A DNA stretch of 64,000 nt from Octopus vulgaris (GCA_951406725.2 OX597828.1:65658001-65722000), one strand, 5' to 3'; shown: positions 14,909 through 29,079, counted from the first letter of the stretch. The notes: a model not told the origin generated them from the letters alone. A program made the numbers and translations.

Positions 14909-15044
14909 TGTATGTATGTATATATATATCTATGTATATACATATATATGTGTATGTATATATATATAGAGAGAGAGAGAGCCAGGGTGAGAGATTTATA
15001 TTAGCAAATATCTACGTGTATATATGTTGGATTGTGTCTTTCTC

Positions 15045-15084
<40 letters not shown>

Positions 15085-16339
15085 TGCGCGCGCGTGTTTA
15101 TCTATCGATATGTGTGTATGTGTATGTACAGAATATGGCCATTTAAAGACTAATTAGTTTAATATGTAATGGCAGGACAGTGAGAGGGGGAAGAGAGGGC
15201 GATGAAAGCGAAAGAGAGGGAGAGACAGAAAGAGGCTGACAGGCAGTCAGACGGACGGACAGACAGTAAGAATGAGAAAGGATGAGAGAGTGAATGAAAG
15301 AGCGAGGAATGGAGATATAATTTTAACATCATATATAATTTCTGTTTAAAAGGAAAACCTCATTTGTAACAGCAACAACAACAACAACAACAACAACAGC
15401 AACGTTGTTTCCGAACGATTTAATTGCTTAGAATATCGAATCCAGAAAAGAAAAATATGAAAACAACCTGTGATTAAGACAATTCTATGGCAACAGGTTG
15501 TCATTCTTCGACTTCACAAACTGGTCATGGCTAAATCATATAAACAAGCAAGCCGTTTCCATCCGTGTTGTGAGCAAGTCACTTGACATTTAGCAGTCCC
15601 TTCTTTCTGTTATTTACACATGCTGAACAATCTGAAATACGGGCATGCTTACTAAAATGTGATGGACGAGTACAACAGAATGAAACACTGAAATAGAGTT
15701 TCCATAAAACGAAATATAATACGTCCATGTAAATATTTACTGGAAGAAACTAGAGTTGACCTGATACAATGTTTTTCTCTTGCAGTCGGGATTAAATGTT
15801 ATAATCTAAGTTTAAATATATGTGTGTGAATATGTGCATTTGAATGCATATGCACATAACTGTGCGCATGTGTAAGTACAAGAACACACACTCTTATGAC
15901 CATAATATGCACATACGTATGCTGCCGATAAATTTGGCGCGAGTGCGATGATTTGAAAATTTTAGGTCATATTGCCGAGGCAGGGACAGAAGTGCCTCGT
16001 GAAAATATCTGTTCCGATCTGGCTATTTCTTACTGACGAATCTAAGGGCCTATGGAAGATTGGCTTGATTTAATTTAATCAGGTTAGTTTACCATTAAAC
16101 AATAGATGAAACGGTGCATCGTATAAGAAATTACAGGGTAAATGTTTTTTTAATTTTCTCCTGGTTTGCGGAATTAATGTTATTTTGCGGTTGAAGCTTT
16201 GGCTGTTATTTCTAGTGGGTGAATGGTCTATTATGGCCGTTCCTTGATTGTGATGTTGAACTATAAATGGTCTATGACTATTTAATTATTTTCCCATATG
16301 GTGGCAATAAAATTCTACAAAATTTTTTTGCCATATATA

Positions 16340-16405
<66 letters not shown>

Positions 16406-16482
16406 ATGTATGTATTTATGTATATATATATATACATATATATGTACATGCAATATGTGAGTGTGCGTACATATACTCTTTT

Positions 16483-16686
16483 TTTACTCTTTTACTTGTT
16501 TCAGTCACTTGACTGCGGCCATGCTGGAGCACCGCCTTTAGTCGAGCAAATCGACCCCGGGACTTATTTTTTGTAAGCCAGTACTTATTCTATCAGTCTC
16601 TTTTGCCGATCCGCTAAGTGACGGGGACGTAAACACACCAGCATCAGTTGTCAAGCAATGCTAGGGGTACAAACACAGACACACAA

Positions 16687-16756
<70 letters not shown>

Positions 16757-16893
16757 GACAGGCTTCTTTCAGTTTCCGTCTACCAAATCCACTCACAAGG
16801 CATTGGTCAGCCCGGGGCTATAGCAGAAGACACGCAGTGGGACTGAACCCGGAACCATGTGGTTGGTTTAGCAAGCTACTACCACACAGCCAC
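16483..16893 (-). mobile_element. SINE family A copy
   Basis: Reverse-complement match to 33413-33895 with an internal (TA)n. Confidence 0.9.
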
Positions 16894-16909
16894 TTTGTAT
16901 GTATGTGTG

Positions 16910-16969
<60 letters not shown>

Positions 16970-16974
16970 TGTAT

Positions 16975-17026
<52 letters not shown>

Positions 17027-17035
17027 TAATAAACG

Positions 17036-17245
17036 CAATGTATATTTTCATGAGCTGCTGACAGCTTCATGCGATGAAAACTTCCCAGACAGCAGCGTTT
17101 CAACACGTCTGGTGCCTTTTAGGCTTGCTTTGCCATGTGGCCACAGACTGGAGATTGCATGAAGGCACCAGACATGTTTTAAAATGCTGTCTGGGAAGTT
17201 TTTATTGTACGAAACTATTTGTAGGTCATAAAAATATATATCATG
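17036..17245. mobile_element. Palindromic MITE-like element; related half-copy at about 5960-6065
   Basis: Inverted arms aaaacttcccagacagca / tgctgtctgggaagtttt and gtctggtgcctt / aaggcaccagac. Confidence 0.65.
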
Positions 17246-17313
17246 TTTATTAAAGAATATTCATCTCTCACCAGATGGGGTACTTTTTATGACCATACCA
17301 TCACAGAACAGAA

Positions 17314-17780
<467 letters not shown>

Positions 17781-17837
17781 TATTCATATATATATATATC
17801 ATATATATATATCATATATATATTCATATATATATAT

Positions 17838-17923
<86 letters not shown>

Positions 17924-18034
17924 TATATATATATATATATCATATATATATATATATATATATATTCATATATATATATATATATCATTCATATATATAT
18001 GAGGAGGAGGGGGAGGAGGAGGGGGAGGAGGAGG

Positions 18035-18655
18035 GGGCTCCGGTTAAAGTGTAATTGAAGGAATCAAGAATAGGGTCCCCAAGAGGGAGGTAATGTCGTT
18101 GAGGAACGAGGCGAGGAACATGGGGTGGATCAACAAAAGACAGGAGGGTGGGTGGAGCGAAAGGAGCTAGAGATTAATAAGTCGAGTAAGATACTGTAGG
18201 CTTGAATGAAGAGAGAAATGATTAAAGAAGAGAGGGAAAGATGATAGAAAGAGGTGTAGAATCTTACAACGGAGGGTTAGGGTGAAGAGGTGAAAGAAGA
18301 GAGGAAAATAAATGAAGTTGAGAACGGGATGAATGCGGAGCGGGATGTAAAAGGTGAGACTGATATAGCGGACAGGCACAGGTGAGGGTAGCTGGAAAAG
18401 GCGTAGGCTATCCACATCGAGATGGACTATGTTTTGTGAGTGCACCTCAGAGTTGTTGTCGCGGTTGCATAGTCAGCGGAGACGGAAGAGCTATGAGTAA
18501 CTCATAACTTTGATATGGGTGAGATGGGCGGCAGAATGTCAATTTGGAAATGGCGGTCAGTGGGTTTATAGAAGGTGATGGTAGAGACAGTGTGAAAGCG
18601 GTAGTTATTGGAGACTGAGATTGATAGAAAGTTAATGGAGGTTTCCTCGATTATA
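18035..18655 (-). mobile_element. Penelope-like element RT thumb/linker remnant
   Basis: Minus strand SINFLSISV...TFYKPTDRH...(frameshift)AHLTHIKVMSYS*LFRLR*LCN matches the PLE pattern FLD..Y.KPTD.H..HP.H.K..PYSQ.LRLRRIC. Confidence 0.75.
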
Positions 18656-18659
18656 GGGA

Positions 18660-18743
<84 letters not shown>

Positions 18744-18763
18744 TGTATGTATGTATATATATA

Positions 18764-19250
18764 TAAAATTATAATTTAGGGTATCTAAGAGATACCACCA
18801 CGCTGGAAATAGCAGTCAAAACTTTGACTCTAAAACCACATTAAATGTTCATACAGCACCAGGAGAGAAGACAAAAGGATAAAATAAACTAGCAAAAAAA
18901 TTACTGGATAATTCCAGATCCCGGATTTCTGACTCTGCATAAGAAATGCTCTGCCTTCATCAGTGGAATATACTCAGAAGGCACATAAATATATATATAT
19001 ATTTGTATTATCCAGTCATTTTTTTTTTGTTAGTATATTTTGTCTCTTTGTCATCTCTCCTGGTGCTGTATGAACATTTAATGTGGCTTTAGAGTCAAGT
19101 TTTGACTGCTATTTCCAGCGTGGTGGTATCTCTTAGATACCCTAAATTATAATTTTAAATAATTATTACCTTTGAAGGTTTTTATTCCCATGCTGGCCAC
19201 CTGATAAAATCGGTATTTAAATATCGATCTTATCCTTGTTTATATGAATT
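18764..19250. mobile_element. Penelope pLTR-like element with about 150-bp inverted arms, a hammerhead in the spacer and a 3' tail
   Basis: Arms about 18764-18912 / 19007-19157, flanked by TA/TG microsatellites and adjacent to the PLE RT remnant. Confidence 0.7.
18911..18969 (-). ncRNA. Type I hammerhead ribozyme motif
   Basis: Minus strand attcca-CUGAUGA-a ggc aga gcau uucuu augc aga guc a-GAAAU-ccggg-AUC-tggaat. Stem I has 6 bp, the core is intact, the cleavage triplet is AUC, and there is an A.A mismatch at the base of stem II. Confidence 0.7.
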
Positions 19251-19307
<57 letters not shown>

Positions 19308-19435
19308 GGAGAATTCACAAAAAAAACAAAAGACGAAGACAGGTGGTGTAGAAAACAGACAGATGTATAGTTGTGTGTGCGTGCGTGTATGTGTTGTACA
19401 TACACATAAACAGTTGAATTTGTTGGTGCAGGTTT

Positions 19436-19481
19436 AGAAGAAGAAGAAGAAGAAGAAGAAGAAGAAGAAGAAGAAGAAGAA

Positions 19482-19528
<47 letters not shown>

Positions 19529-19677
19529 AGAAAAAGAAGGAGGAGGACGAGGAGGAGGACGAGGAGGAGGACGAAGAGGACGAGGAGGAGGGGGACGAGG
19601 AGGAGGACGAAGAGAAGAAGAAGAAGAAGAAGAAGAAGAAGAAGAAGAAGAAGAAGAAGAAGAAGAAGAAGAAGAAG
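19436..19677. repeat. (GAA)n/(GAG)n compound microsatellite
   Basis: Direct reading. Confidence 0.97.
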
Positions 19678-20474
19678 GGCGGGAGGGAAGAGAGGAGAAG
19701 ATGCTTCTGCTGCTTCTGCTGGTTGTAAAGAAGAAGACCGCGTAGGAAGAAAAAGAGGAGGGTGTGGAAGAAGAAATAACGGCGGCAGCGGATTAGGCGG
19801 CGAAGGCAGCGGAGGCGGTGGTGGTGGTAGTGAGGAGGAGGCCTGCTGCTTCCTGTACTGTTACAGATGGTTTTGCTAGTGGCAGTGGCTTCGAAGTTGC
19901 TGGTTAAAAACACCTGAAATAAACATCGCAGAAAATCAAAATATACATTAAAAAAAAAGAAAGAAAACCTTATCCAAGTGCCAGACGAATTAATTGTATT
20001 ATTGTCTTCAACAGAACAGTTAGGATGCCAATGATGAAAGGACTCATGAACTGGTATTTCACTCTGTGTGTTCGCTCGACTCTTGTTTCGTAGAATATAT
20101 ATAAAGTGTCCGGTCATGCTGTATCATATCTTACTGTGGAGCAATTACGAGATTCCTGTAGCACTTCCTTGAACGTAGAGACAGATTTAGTCCTTTCAAA
20201 TGTTAAAATATTTCATTGCGAGACATTTACTGTTGAGACCATAACAGAGATGTCCTCGAGCTAGACATTTAATTCTATTATACATGGTTTTCAGACCTAC
20301 TTAGAGAGAGAGGGGGCGGAGAGGGGGAGAGAAATAGAGAGAGTGAGAGAGAGAGAGGGGAGGAGAAACAGAGAAAGTGTGAGAGAGAGAGAGAGAATCG
20401 AAGTTCCATTTATGGCTGCCAGATATGTCCAATATCAACTTTATAACAGAAACAACCAACGCTTAAGTGCTAAT

Positions 20475-20934
20475 TGTGTATGTGTGTGTGTATGTGCGTG
20501 TGTGTGTGTGCGTGTGTGTGTGCGTGTGTATGTGTGTGTGTGCGTGTGCACATATTTGTTTGTCTGTGTGTGTATGTGTGTATGTGTGTATGTGTGTGTG
20601 CGTGTGTGTGTGTATGTGTGTGTGTGCGTGTGTGCATGCGTGCGTGTGTGCATGCGTGCGTGCGTGTGTGCGTGCGTGCGTGCGCGTATGTACGTGTGTG
20701 TGTATGTGTAATGTGTGTGTGCGTGAGTGCGTGCGTGCGCGAATGTACGTGTGTGCGTGTGCACATATTTGCTTGTCTGTGTGTTTGTGCGTGTGGGTGG
20801 GGTATGTGTGTATGTGTATTTGTGTGTGTGGTTGTGATATTAGTGAATGAAATATACGCCTCTGAATGTGTGTGTATTGTGTGTATGTATTTGATGGAAT
20901 ATCAGTGTGTTTATAAACCTGTGCGTCATTGCGA

Positions 20935-20972
<38 letters not shown>

Positions 20973-21330
20973 GTGTGTGTGTGTGTGCACTAGCACACGT
21001 GTGTTTATACATCTGTGACAGTTATGTTACTAAAAGTTTGTGTTGCGTGTGTTGGTTTATGTGCGTATGTATATGTGTTGGTAAGAATGTCTGTGCAGTA
21101 CATATGTGAGTGCTTGTGTGTGTGTGACAGAGAGTCTGTATGCGTGCGAGCGTGTGGGTGGGTGTGTGTCTGAATATTTGTGTGTATTTTTTGCTTAGGA
21201 AGTTCTGAATGTATAATTAGATGTGTGTGCATTTTAACAAGGCAGTTTTTCCATCTAACTAGCGGTGTGTGTGTGAGTGTGACTGTGTGTGTGTGTGTGT
21301 GTGTGCATGCGTCTGTGTGTGTATGCATAT
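20475..21330. repeat. Degenerate (TG)n/(TGCG)n low-complexity tract
   Basis: Direct reading; source of spurious CV/HT ORFs. Confidence 0.95.
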
Positions 21331-21356
21331 ATATATATATATAAACTAGATATCTC

Positions 21357-21387
<31 letters not shown>

Positions 21388-21463
21388 AAATGTGACCGCG
21401 CGTGTACCGTTGGCGATTTTTTTTTCCTCCGTCTTCCCTTCTTTGGATCTTTCCTTTTCCTAT

Positions 21464-21498
21464 GTTTCTGACGAAGAGTTCCGCTCGAAACGTTAAAC
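21464..21498 (+). ncRNA. Minimal hammerhead ribozyme with palindromic stem III, within a PLE pLTR-like fragment (about 21390-21592)
   Basis: gttt-CUGACGA-a-gag uuccg cuc-GAAACGUUA-aac. Short stem I, 3-bp stem II with one extra A, and self-complementary AACGUU in place of stem III. The fragment lies between (TA)n tracts. Confidence 0.7.
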
Positions 21499-22125
21499 CC
21501 TCCTTCTTCCCTAAGCATCCAATACCACTATACTTGTTCCACGTCCTCGCGTTGTTGTGTTTTCTCTTTGTGTTTTCATGTTTGGATTAACTGCATATAT
21601 ATATATATATACATGCGCGAGCACGTGTGTGTTGAAAATGATGTCCTATAAAAAGAAAGTCCTTTTGAGCGACACCGAATTAGAGAAATTCTCTGGTCAC
21701 TGGTGATGTCAGAAACACAATGAATCCAGGGTTGGCCTATTCGAGTTCGAAACTTGAAATCAACGACGCAGTTCACATATAGCCATACGATATTAATTTA
21801 AAACAAAATGGTAAAAAAAAAAAAGCCAGCGTCTCCTTCCTTAGTGACCAACACCAGAGAACATTACAAACGATCAACCATCGCACTGAACGACACTATC
21901 CCATATAGAGGAGACGAAATAATATGAGTGAGAAACACCTCCACAACATTTGCAACACAAATAGGAAGACGTGGGAAAAAGACGTTGAAGTAATAGAGAA
22001 ACATAGTTTGATTACTCACAAGCATGACATTTGGCCAACAGAAAGAAGCAACAACAGTTTGTACGAGATTATATTAAATTACATTAGATGCGTTCGTCAT
22101 TAGATACATGATAGATTTAATGTAA

Positions 22126-22660
22126 TCTACAAATTTATATAATAAAGCTCAATGTCTGTGTGTCTGTACATCTATTGGGCGAAAGGGAACAGAAGATACA
22201 TAAAAACAAAGTGTGTGTTCTCATGTAAAATTTTATGAGAAAGACGATGAGCTACATAAAATTTACTTTCCATTGCGATTAGGGGGCTTAAAGTGGGGCA
22301 GACACCCCCTGTGAAATTTCAGATACATCCGATTTCAATGAAAATAGTAACATAACTACTAGGTACTAAATAAAGACGATTTCCCAAATTTCACCATCTT
22401 ACAATATTAGTTAACCCCCCTAATGGGGATTATAACACTGGAGAGAGCCCCTTTAAAAGTGCAAATACATCAACTTTTCATGGAAGATACATAAAATTTA
22501 TATATATATACTACTAATATAGGATGAGGTTTTTTTACAGAAAAAAAATTTCATCAAAAAAGTGGCAGTATATTAAAATACCTTTAAGGGTTAAAATTAT
22601 AAAGAAGGGCAAAAGAAAATTATTTCTATGCCAATATGCTGATAACAGACTTTTAAATCG
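22126..22660 (+). mobile_element. Possible non-autonomous Helitron-type 5' fragment
   Basis: Starts a|TCtac...tatataataaagct...gtctgtgtgtctgt, like the element at 27906. No 3' end was found. Confidence 0.35.
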
Positions 22661-24335
22661 TCAATTTCCAAATAAGTGGAGCAGAACAATGCAGTGAAGG
22701 AAGTAGCACACTTCCTCATGTTGGGGTACTTTTCCTCTGCAAGTAAGTTCCAGAACTGTCCATGGGTCCTGGACTTCCCTTGGGTATGACGTGAGGTTCT
22801 TTAAGTTTGCCAAATCATGGCACTGCAGCTTTGAGGTGAGATGTTGCATTTTTCATTTGGAAGCATTAACTGAACTGATCATATTGATCACGGTTTTGTC
22901 TTTTCCTTGCAGCTCTACATTAAGGTCATTCAGCATGTTGGCCAGATCAGTTAAAAGTGCCAAGTCTAGCAGTCACTGATCGTCATTTAATTGGTTGTAT
23001 TCTGCACGTTTAGCTTCACAGAAAACCTCCTTAATCTCCGGACAGAGCTCTCGAATCTTTGTAGGAATTTTCCTCGACTAAACCATCTCACGTCAGTGTG
23101 TAGCAACAACTCAAAGTGGTGACAGTCAGCCTACTCCAGATGCGCACGGAAAAGCCGTCTTTGAAGTGATCTGGCGCGAATAGAACAGGCGATCTTCGTT
23201 GCCGTATCCATTATCTCTTTCCTGATGAGCATTTTTGCGCATAACGCTTGTTGGTGTATTATGCAGTGGTGATTGAGAAAGTCCGGGAAAGCATCGTCCT
23301 CCCTGCACTTGGCAATAAATCCATTTGACCGGCTAACCATCGTGTCCGTGGTGATGGACACCAATTTTCTCACTGGGAGCTGGGTTTTCTCGATAAAGTT
23401 TTTGGAAGACTGAAATATGTCCTCTCCTTGCGCGTGTTCTTTCAGGGGCATTACTGTTAACAGCTCCTCTTTTGCAGTCATATTGGTAAACATCATCCGA
23501 ATATAAATGCACAATTGGACCGTGTCACTCACATCTGTAGACTCGTCCAACTACAGTGAGAAACACTCGCAGTCCACGATGTCTTTCCAAAGTTACTGGG
23601 TCAAATCCTCGGCCATGGCTTCTCTGCGCCGTATAACCGTATTTCTTGATAGCTGGAGAGCTTTAATTGAAGATAGTATTTCTGGTTTGTTTTTAAAGTC
23701 TCGGAACAACGAGTCAACTACTTCAACGAATGCCTCTTTTACCATCTCTGCATCTTGGAAGGATTTCTTGTTCTTAACGATGAAGTGTCTCGCCGGGACG
23801 ATGCTTCGGTGGCTGCCTTTGCTTTTGAAGTTAGGTGTGTGAAAAATGACTGCTGTCCGGACAACTGGGATTTTAGTTCCAGTCCGAAAATGCCGCTCCA
23901 CATTTCCCTTCTTCGGAATAACAATAGTAGACTGGCAGATGAGGCAAACACACTTCGAATATGACATTGTGAAAAAAAATCCTCCTCCTATTCCGTATGG
24001 AAGTGGTAGATTTTCGGTTTCTTACTTGGTCCAGCTCCCCAACTCATTTTTATACCCTTTCTTAAGTTTAGAAGAAATAAATTGGCGGATAACTAGGCAA
24101 CTTGGTAGCTTGCGGGAGTTTTGCAGCACTTAGCGCCGTTCTGTGCGCATGCGTGGTGATACATTTGTCAGAAAAGGTCAGATGTCAGACTGGCTGCCCT
24201 GTATGTCAACCAAGTGACAAATTTCGTAGTGATGGATGACAGGCTGACGTTTATGTTTTTTTAATGCCATGCGATCTACCCACACTGCCTTTGCGATCGA
24301 CCGGTAGATCGCAATCGACGTATTGGGTACCCCTG
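22661..24335 (-). mobile_element. hAT (Charlie/Buster, GTF2IRD2-like) DNA transposon, 3'-truncated pseudogenised transposase
   Basis: BED-like CLIC..K..NVERH, LSRNTV, DESTDVSDT.QL, SITTD and HCIIHQ..LCAK motifs across frameshifts. 5' terminus CAGGGGTACCCAA at 24335. Confidence 0.9.
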
Positions 24336-24501
24336 GACTAAACCCTTCAATGCGGTATCCCAGCATGACCGCAGTCCAATGAGCAAAACAAGTGAAGCGT
24401 AAAATATGAAAGATAAATCATTTAGATGAATTTGAAGATGAAACTTTCGGTCAACTAAGTCAGTAATCAGCAACATAAATTATATTTCACACTTTGTCCA
24501 A

Positions 24502-24555
<54 letters not shown>

Positions 24556-24994
24556 CACACAAACTCCACATACTGAAAAAATAGGCCCCAATGACAAACT
24601 ACTTCAGCACACAAATATAAGAACACCACAACCAGAACAAAAACGAAATAATTCAAACAAATTGACCACACAACAGTTTGTCCTAAAGACAAATCCAAGG
24701 GAGACAAACATTCAAAAGACGCCACCCAAGTTCCTTGATTCATTGTTTTATTCACAAGAATTCACGAGAACCTCCGCGAAAGAAACAAGACTGTGTTTAT
24801 CTAAAACGTAGGCGAACACCTTTCTCCATGTGATCGGCTTGAGAAATTTTTAGGACACTAGGATATTTTCCTACTTTTCTTAACATGAAACCAACGTTAG
24901 CTTTAATTCACAAATAAAGAAATTATATCCACCAATGCAGTGTTAAGCATTCGTTTTCATTGTTCGATATTTGCGTATACACACACATATATGT

Positions 24995-25077
<83 letters not shown>

Positions 25078-25887
25078 GCTAACATCTAGAAGAAGGTGTC
25101 TTTTTCCATTCACGAAAGTGAATGTAACTTTGGCCAGGAATAAATGATGTCATCAGACAATCATCCAATGACCATCGGGTGTTTCACCCTGAACTGTAAC
25201 ACCCCCCTGTTGATGGGTCCGGGAAAGCGGACAAATCACTGCTCCTCATCTCCTGGTTTACATCCGGTTTTTTTTCAGGAACAGCTAGATATTGGTGAAA
25301 ATTCTTTAGTATTAACAAATATTTTTTATATTAGTAAATATTTTTATATACTATTTCCTTTCAGTATTAACACAAAAGCAAAATATTTTCCTTTTTTGCT
25401 TTTCACTCTTAAACACATAAGTTCATTTTAATGTGATTTTCAAAGAAGATAGAATATATCCTTACATATTGAAACAGTAATATCTTGTGTGAGATTTGTC
25501 TGTTTTGTTAGGTTAATATTTACTTAGTAATTCCAAATATCGATGTCAACATAAAGCTTTAATCCCAACAGAATCAATAACGCGAGCAGTGATTGGCGTA
25601 TCATATTGATTTCTTTTTGTATATATTTTTTCTCTTTTATGCAAGGACCAGATTTTTTTATTTTGTTTTGTTTGTTTGTTTTCTTGCTTTTTTTAAAGGA
25701 AATTGTCTAATCCAATGGAAGGTCGCAATTGATTGAGTTGTGTGTCTTGTTCTCTCCTGATGGATCGATATAGATTCAATCCTCAAATGATATGTGTACA
25801 TTATTAGAGCACTTAACTCTCAGGCCGCCCACTCCGTTTAGATATAAAATAAAAGGATCCATTGAATAGATGGTTCGCCGTTGTAAA

Positions 25888-26295
25888 GGCGCAGGTATGG
25901 TTGAGTGGGAAGAAGTTTCCTTCCAAACCACATGGTTCCAGGTTCAGTCCCGCTGCATGGCACCTTGGGCAAGTCTCTCCTACTATAGCCCCGGGCTGTC
26001 CAAAAGCCTTGTGAATAGATTCGGAAGATGGAAACTAAAAGAAGCCCGTCGTGTGTGTATGTGTGCGTGCGTTCGTGCGTGTGTTTACTTGCTTGTGTTT
26101 CTCTCCACCGGTTGACAATAGTGTTGGTTTGTTTAAAACCTCGTGACTAAGCGATTCGACATAATAGGCCAACAGAATAAATGCTAGGCTTTAAAAAATA
26201 AGTTCTGAGGTCCATTCGTTCGAGTAGAACCCCTCGAGGCAGTATTGCAACATGGCTACAGTACAATGAGTGAAACAAATGAACGATAAAAGACG
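25888..26295 (+). mobile_element. SINE family A, diverged copy
   Basis: ggcgcagg...ggttcagtccc...ggcaccttgggcaagt...aagcccgtcg...tail. Confidence 0.8.
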
Positions 26296-26441
26296 AAGCA
26301 ACCAATTCCCTCAGATCTCAACCTGTCGCCTAACTAGGCACGTTGTACCATGTGCCGTAGGATGAAAGCTGGAAAGTCTTTCGCCGTGTGTCTGACTGAA
26401 AGGGGGCAGATATGTTGTTGAACTATCTTGAGCTGAGTATA

Positions 26442-26650
26442 CCAGGGGGTGCTGAAAAGTCTGGTTGGGGGTGAAAGGCCTGGTTGGAGGCCCAACTTTC
26501 CAAATTCTTTTACAGGGCTTAGGAAAACTGAAGAACTGCTGCAATAAGTCTGCGAATCTGAGAGGAGAATTTGTTGGATAAAATCATAATTAACTGAACC
26601 TCCTGTATTTTCTATTACTCAAAGCCAGAAACTTTTCAGCAGAACCTAGT
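26442..26650 (+). mobile_element. Mariner-derived MITE
   Basis: TIR-like ggtgctgaaaagt / acttttcagca. Internal LQGLGKLKNCCNKSANLRGEFVG* resembles a mariner C-terminus. Confidence 0.6.
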
Positions 26651-27034
26651 ATAACGAGTGTTAAGTAAGTATATATTACTGAGTTCAAAACGTACAGTTG
26701 GCAACCAATAAATTAGTTTCGTTTTGGGATTTGGTTTGTATAGGCACACACACACACACACTGACCCACACACATGCGCACAAACAAACAAAAAGGAACG
26801 CAGTGCAAATAACGGACAGAGTTAAAACTATTGAAAAGGTTGCAAGACGCAATGAAAATTTTAGGAAAATAAAAATAAGAAAAAAAGTGGAAATTTGATC
26901 GGTGAGTGTGTTATATTATAAGGCACAAAAAGAAAATGACTCTCCCCAGACACAATAAATTAGTGTTGCACTAAATAGCCTCCATAAAACAATTCTCAAT
27001 TAACTGAAATTGCCAAACTGCACAATTGTGCCCC

Positions 27035-27365
27035 TTGACTTTGTTTCCGCATAACTTTCAGAAAAATCGAGTTTTTTAAAGAAATTTTCTACAAATATAT
27101 TTCAGATTGTGTAGATTCCGATTACATAGGAATTTAATATGAAAAAGTGGTGAGAGCGCACGTATATATACTGACACGCATCACTTGAAATTTTGAAAAA
27201 TATTATGTGATGTATAACAGTATGTATGTGTACACGCTCAGCAATTATTTTCCACATTAAATTTAGAAATGAACGTAATCTACAGCATCGGAGAGGTATT
27301 TGTAGAAAAATTTCATTAAAAAATACCCACTTTTCCTTAAGTTATAAGGAAACAAATTCGTGGTA
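27035..27365. mobile_element. Foldback/MITE with long degenerate inverted repeats
   Basis: tttgtttcc..ataactt..aaattttctacaaata..gtagatt versus aatctac..tatttgtagaaaaattt..aagttataaggaaacaaa. Confidence 0.65.
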
Positions 27366-27547
27366 AGGAGATTTGTGTAAACATGCCTTGAAGTTTTTCT
27401 CTTGAATGGAGAAAGAACACAAAAACCTGGCGGCAATTGTTTGCGACTCGCAAGGAAAAGGGAGATAATTTAAGAATTTAAAAAATCAATATCACAAAAT
27501 AAATCATTCGAAAATTCCCGTACTATGCTAATGAGCTCCTATAAGAC

Positions 27548-27657
<110 letters not shown>

Positions 27658-27905
27658 ATTGCTATCCCCTTGCTCGCAGACAAATATCAGATTTCCTTCT
27701 AAGTATCCAACCATGAATTCATGTGAAGTTAATACTTAATTTCTTTAGATTATATTTCCCCTTTTCTTTGCAACTCACTAGATTTTCGTTTTCATTAGCC
27801 AAGCGGAAAATACAGTAATTTGAGAATTTTTTTATGCACGCCATTCAGTTCATCACTTATGTAAATTTATGACATTAACCCACTTGAATTACATACCTGA
27901 GTTCA

Positions 27906-28647
27906 TCTATATAATAATCTGCTTGTTCGTTCGCTCGTTATACTTTAGTTAGTTAGAGAGGTGGAGATGGAGTGAGTGAGAGGTGGAGTAAAAATGAGAG
28001 AGAGATGGGGAGGGATGTGAATAGAGAAAAAAGAGAAGAGTATAGTAATACACTAAGGCCAAATGCATCACGTGGTTAGGTGAAGGGAGAGGTGAAAAGC
28101 GAGAAAAAAGACGGTTAGAGAAAAGAGGGAGAAAGAAAGGAGAGAGAAGTGCTAACGACGTGCTGTAGTGTGGGGTGGGAAAAGTAAAGGAAAAGAGATA
28201 TGTTTAGGATACAATATTTAGCAGAGGGTGATGTTCTGGTGGTGAGGTCAAAGAAAAGCAGATAGATAGAGACAGATGGACAGGGGAGGTAAGTATGAGA
28301 GAGAGAGAGAGGCAGATAGCATTTGTATTGTCAGAGTAGAGATACATTGACAGCAAGAAAAAGTAGATATAAACAAACAGCTGAAATGAACTGAAATGAA
28401 ATGAGCTTTGTTACTGAAAACTCTAGTGGCGGCGGCGGCGGCGGTGTGTTGATTGTGAAAAGAATTTTTTATTGAACTAAATCTATAATACCATTCTTCT
28501 ACCTGTTTAAAATCATACAATATATTATTGTGATTAGAAGTGAAATAACTTAAGGAAAACAAAAATTAAAATGCAAATCATTCTTTATTTCTTAAATAAC
28601 TTTTCTTAATCTTTTTCGTTCTGTGATATTTCCACGGGTCCCACTAG
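27906..28647 (+). mobile_element. Non-autonomous Helitron-type element
   Basis: A|TC 5' end (tctatataataat), 3' hairpin ctgtg..cacgg then CTAG|T, and no TSD. Confidence 0.65.
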
Positions 28648-29079
28648 TTTTTTAATTAACTCCGGCTATTTATCGCTGTTTCATTAATAGCTAATGAGAG
28701 TTGTTAAATAAACTAAAAATGAATTTTGGAGAAAGGAATGTCAGAACATAGAAATTTAAATGGGAGTGTTGCTGAATTTTGAAAAGGGATAAACAAAACC
28801 AACGTCGCTTTGATTTCAATTTTAATTAACGAAATTTTTCTCTATTAATTAATGAGCTAATTAGTCAGAGTTGTTAGAGTTTCTGGAATAATGTTTTGTA
28901 ATATTCGAACTGCCATTCTGAGTCCCAACCCCACCCACCAAAGTCGTCTTTGCTTTTCAATCTTTCAAAGTGGTTGATGAAATACCTGTCCAGTACTGGG
29001 GGGAGGCAATGTATGTGTGTGTGTGTACATGTGTAAGTGTATGTGTGTTCGCACGCGTGTGTGCGTGCATGTGTGTGTT

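Noticed and set aside
15482-15494. RFX X-box-like ATTCTATGGCAAC
   Set aside because: A half-site-quality match with no promoter evidence; expected by chance.
23131-23967. Host GTF2IRD2/ZBED-like domesticated gene
   Set aside because: Frameshifts, deletions and a retained hAT terminus indicate a dead transposon.
24555-24900. Possible PLE linker fragment (FVLKTNPRETNI)
   Set aside because: Too degenerate to support by eye.
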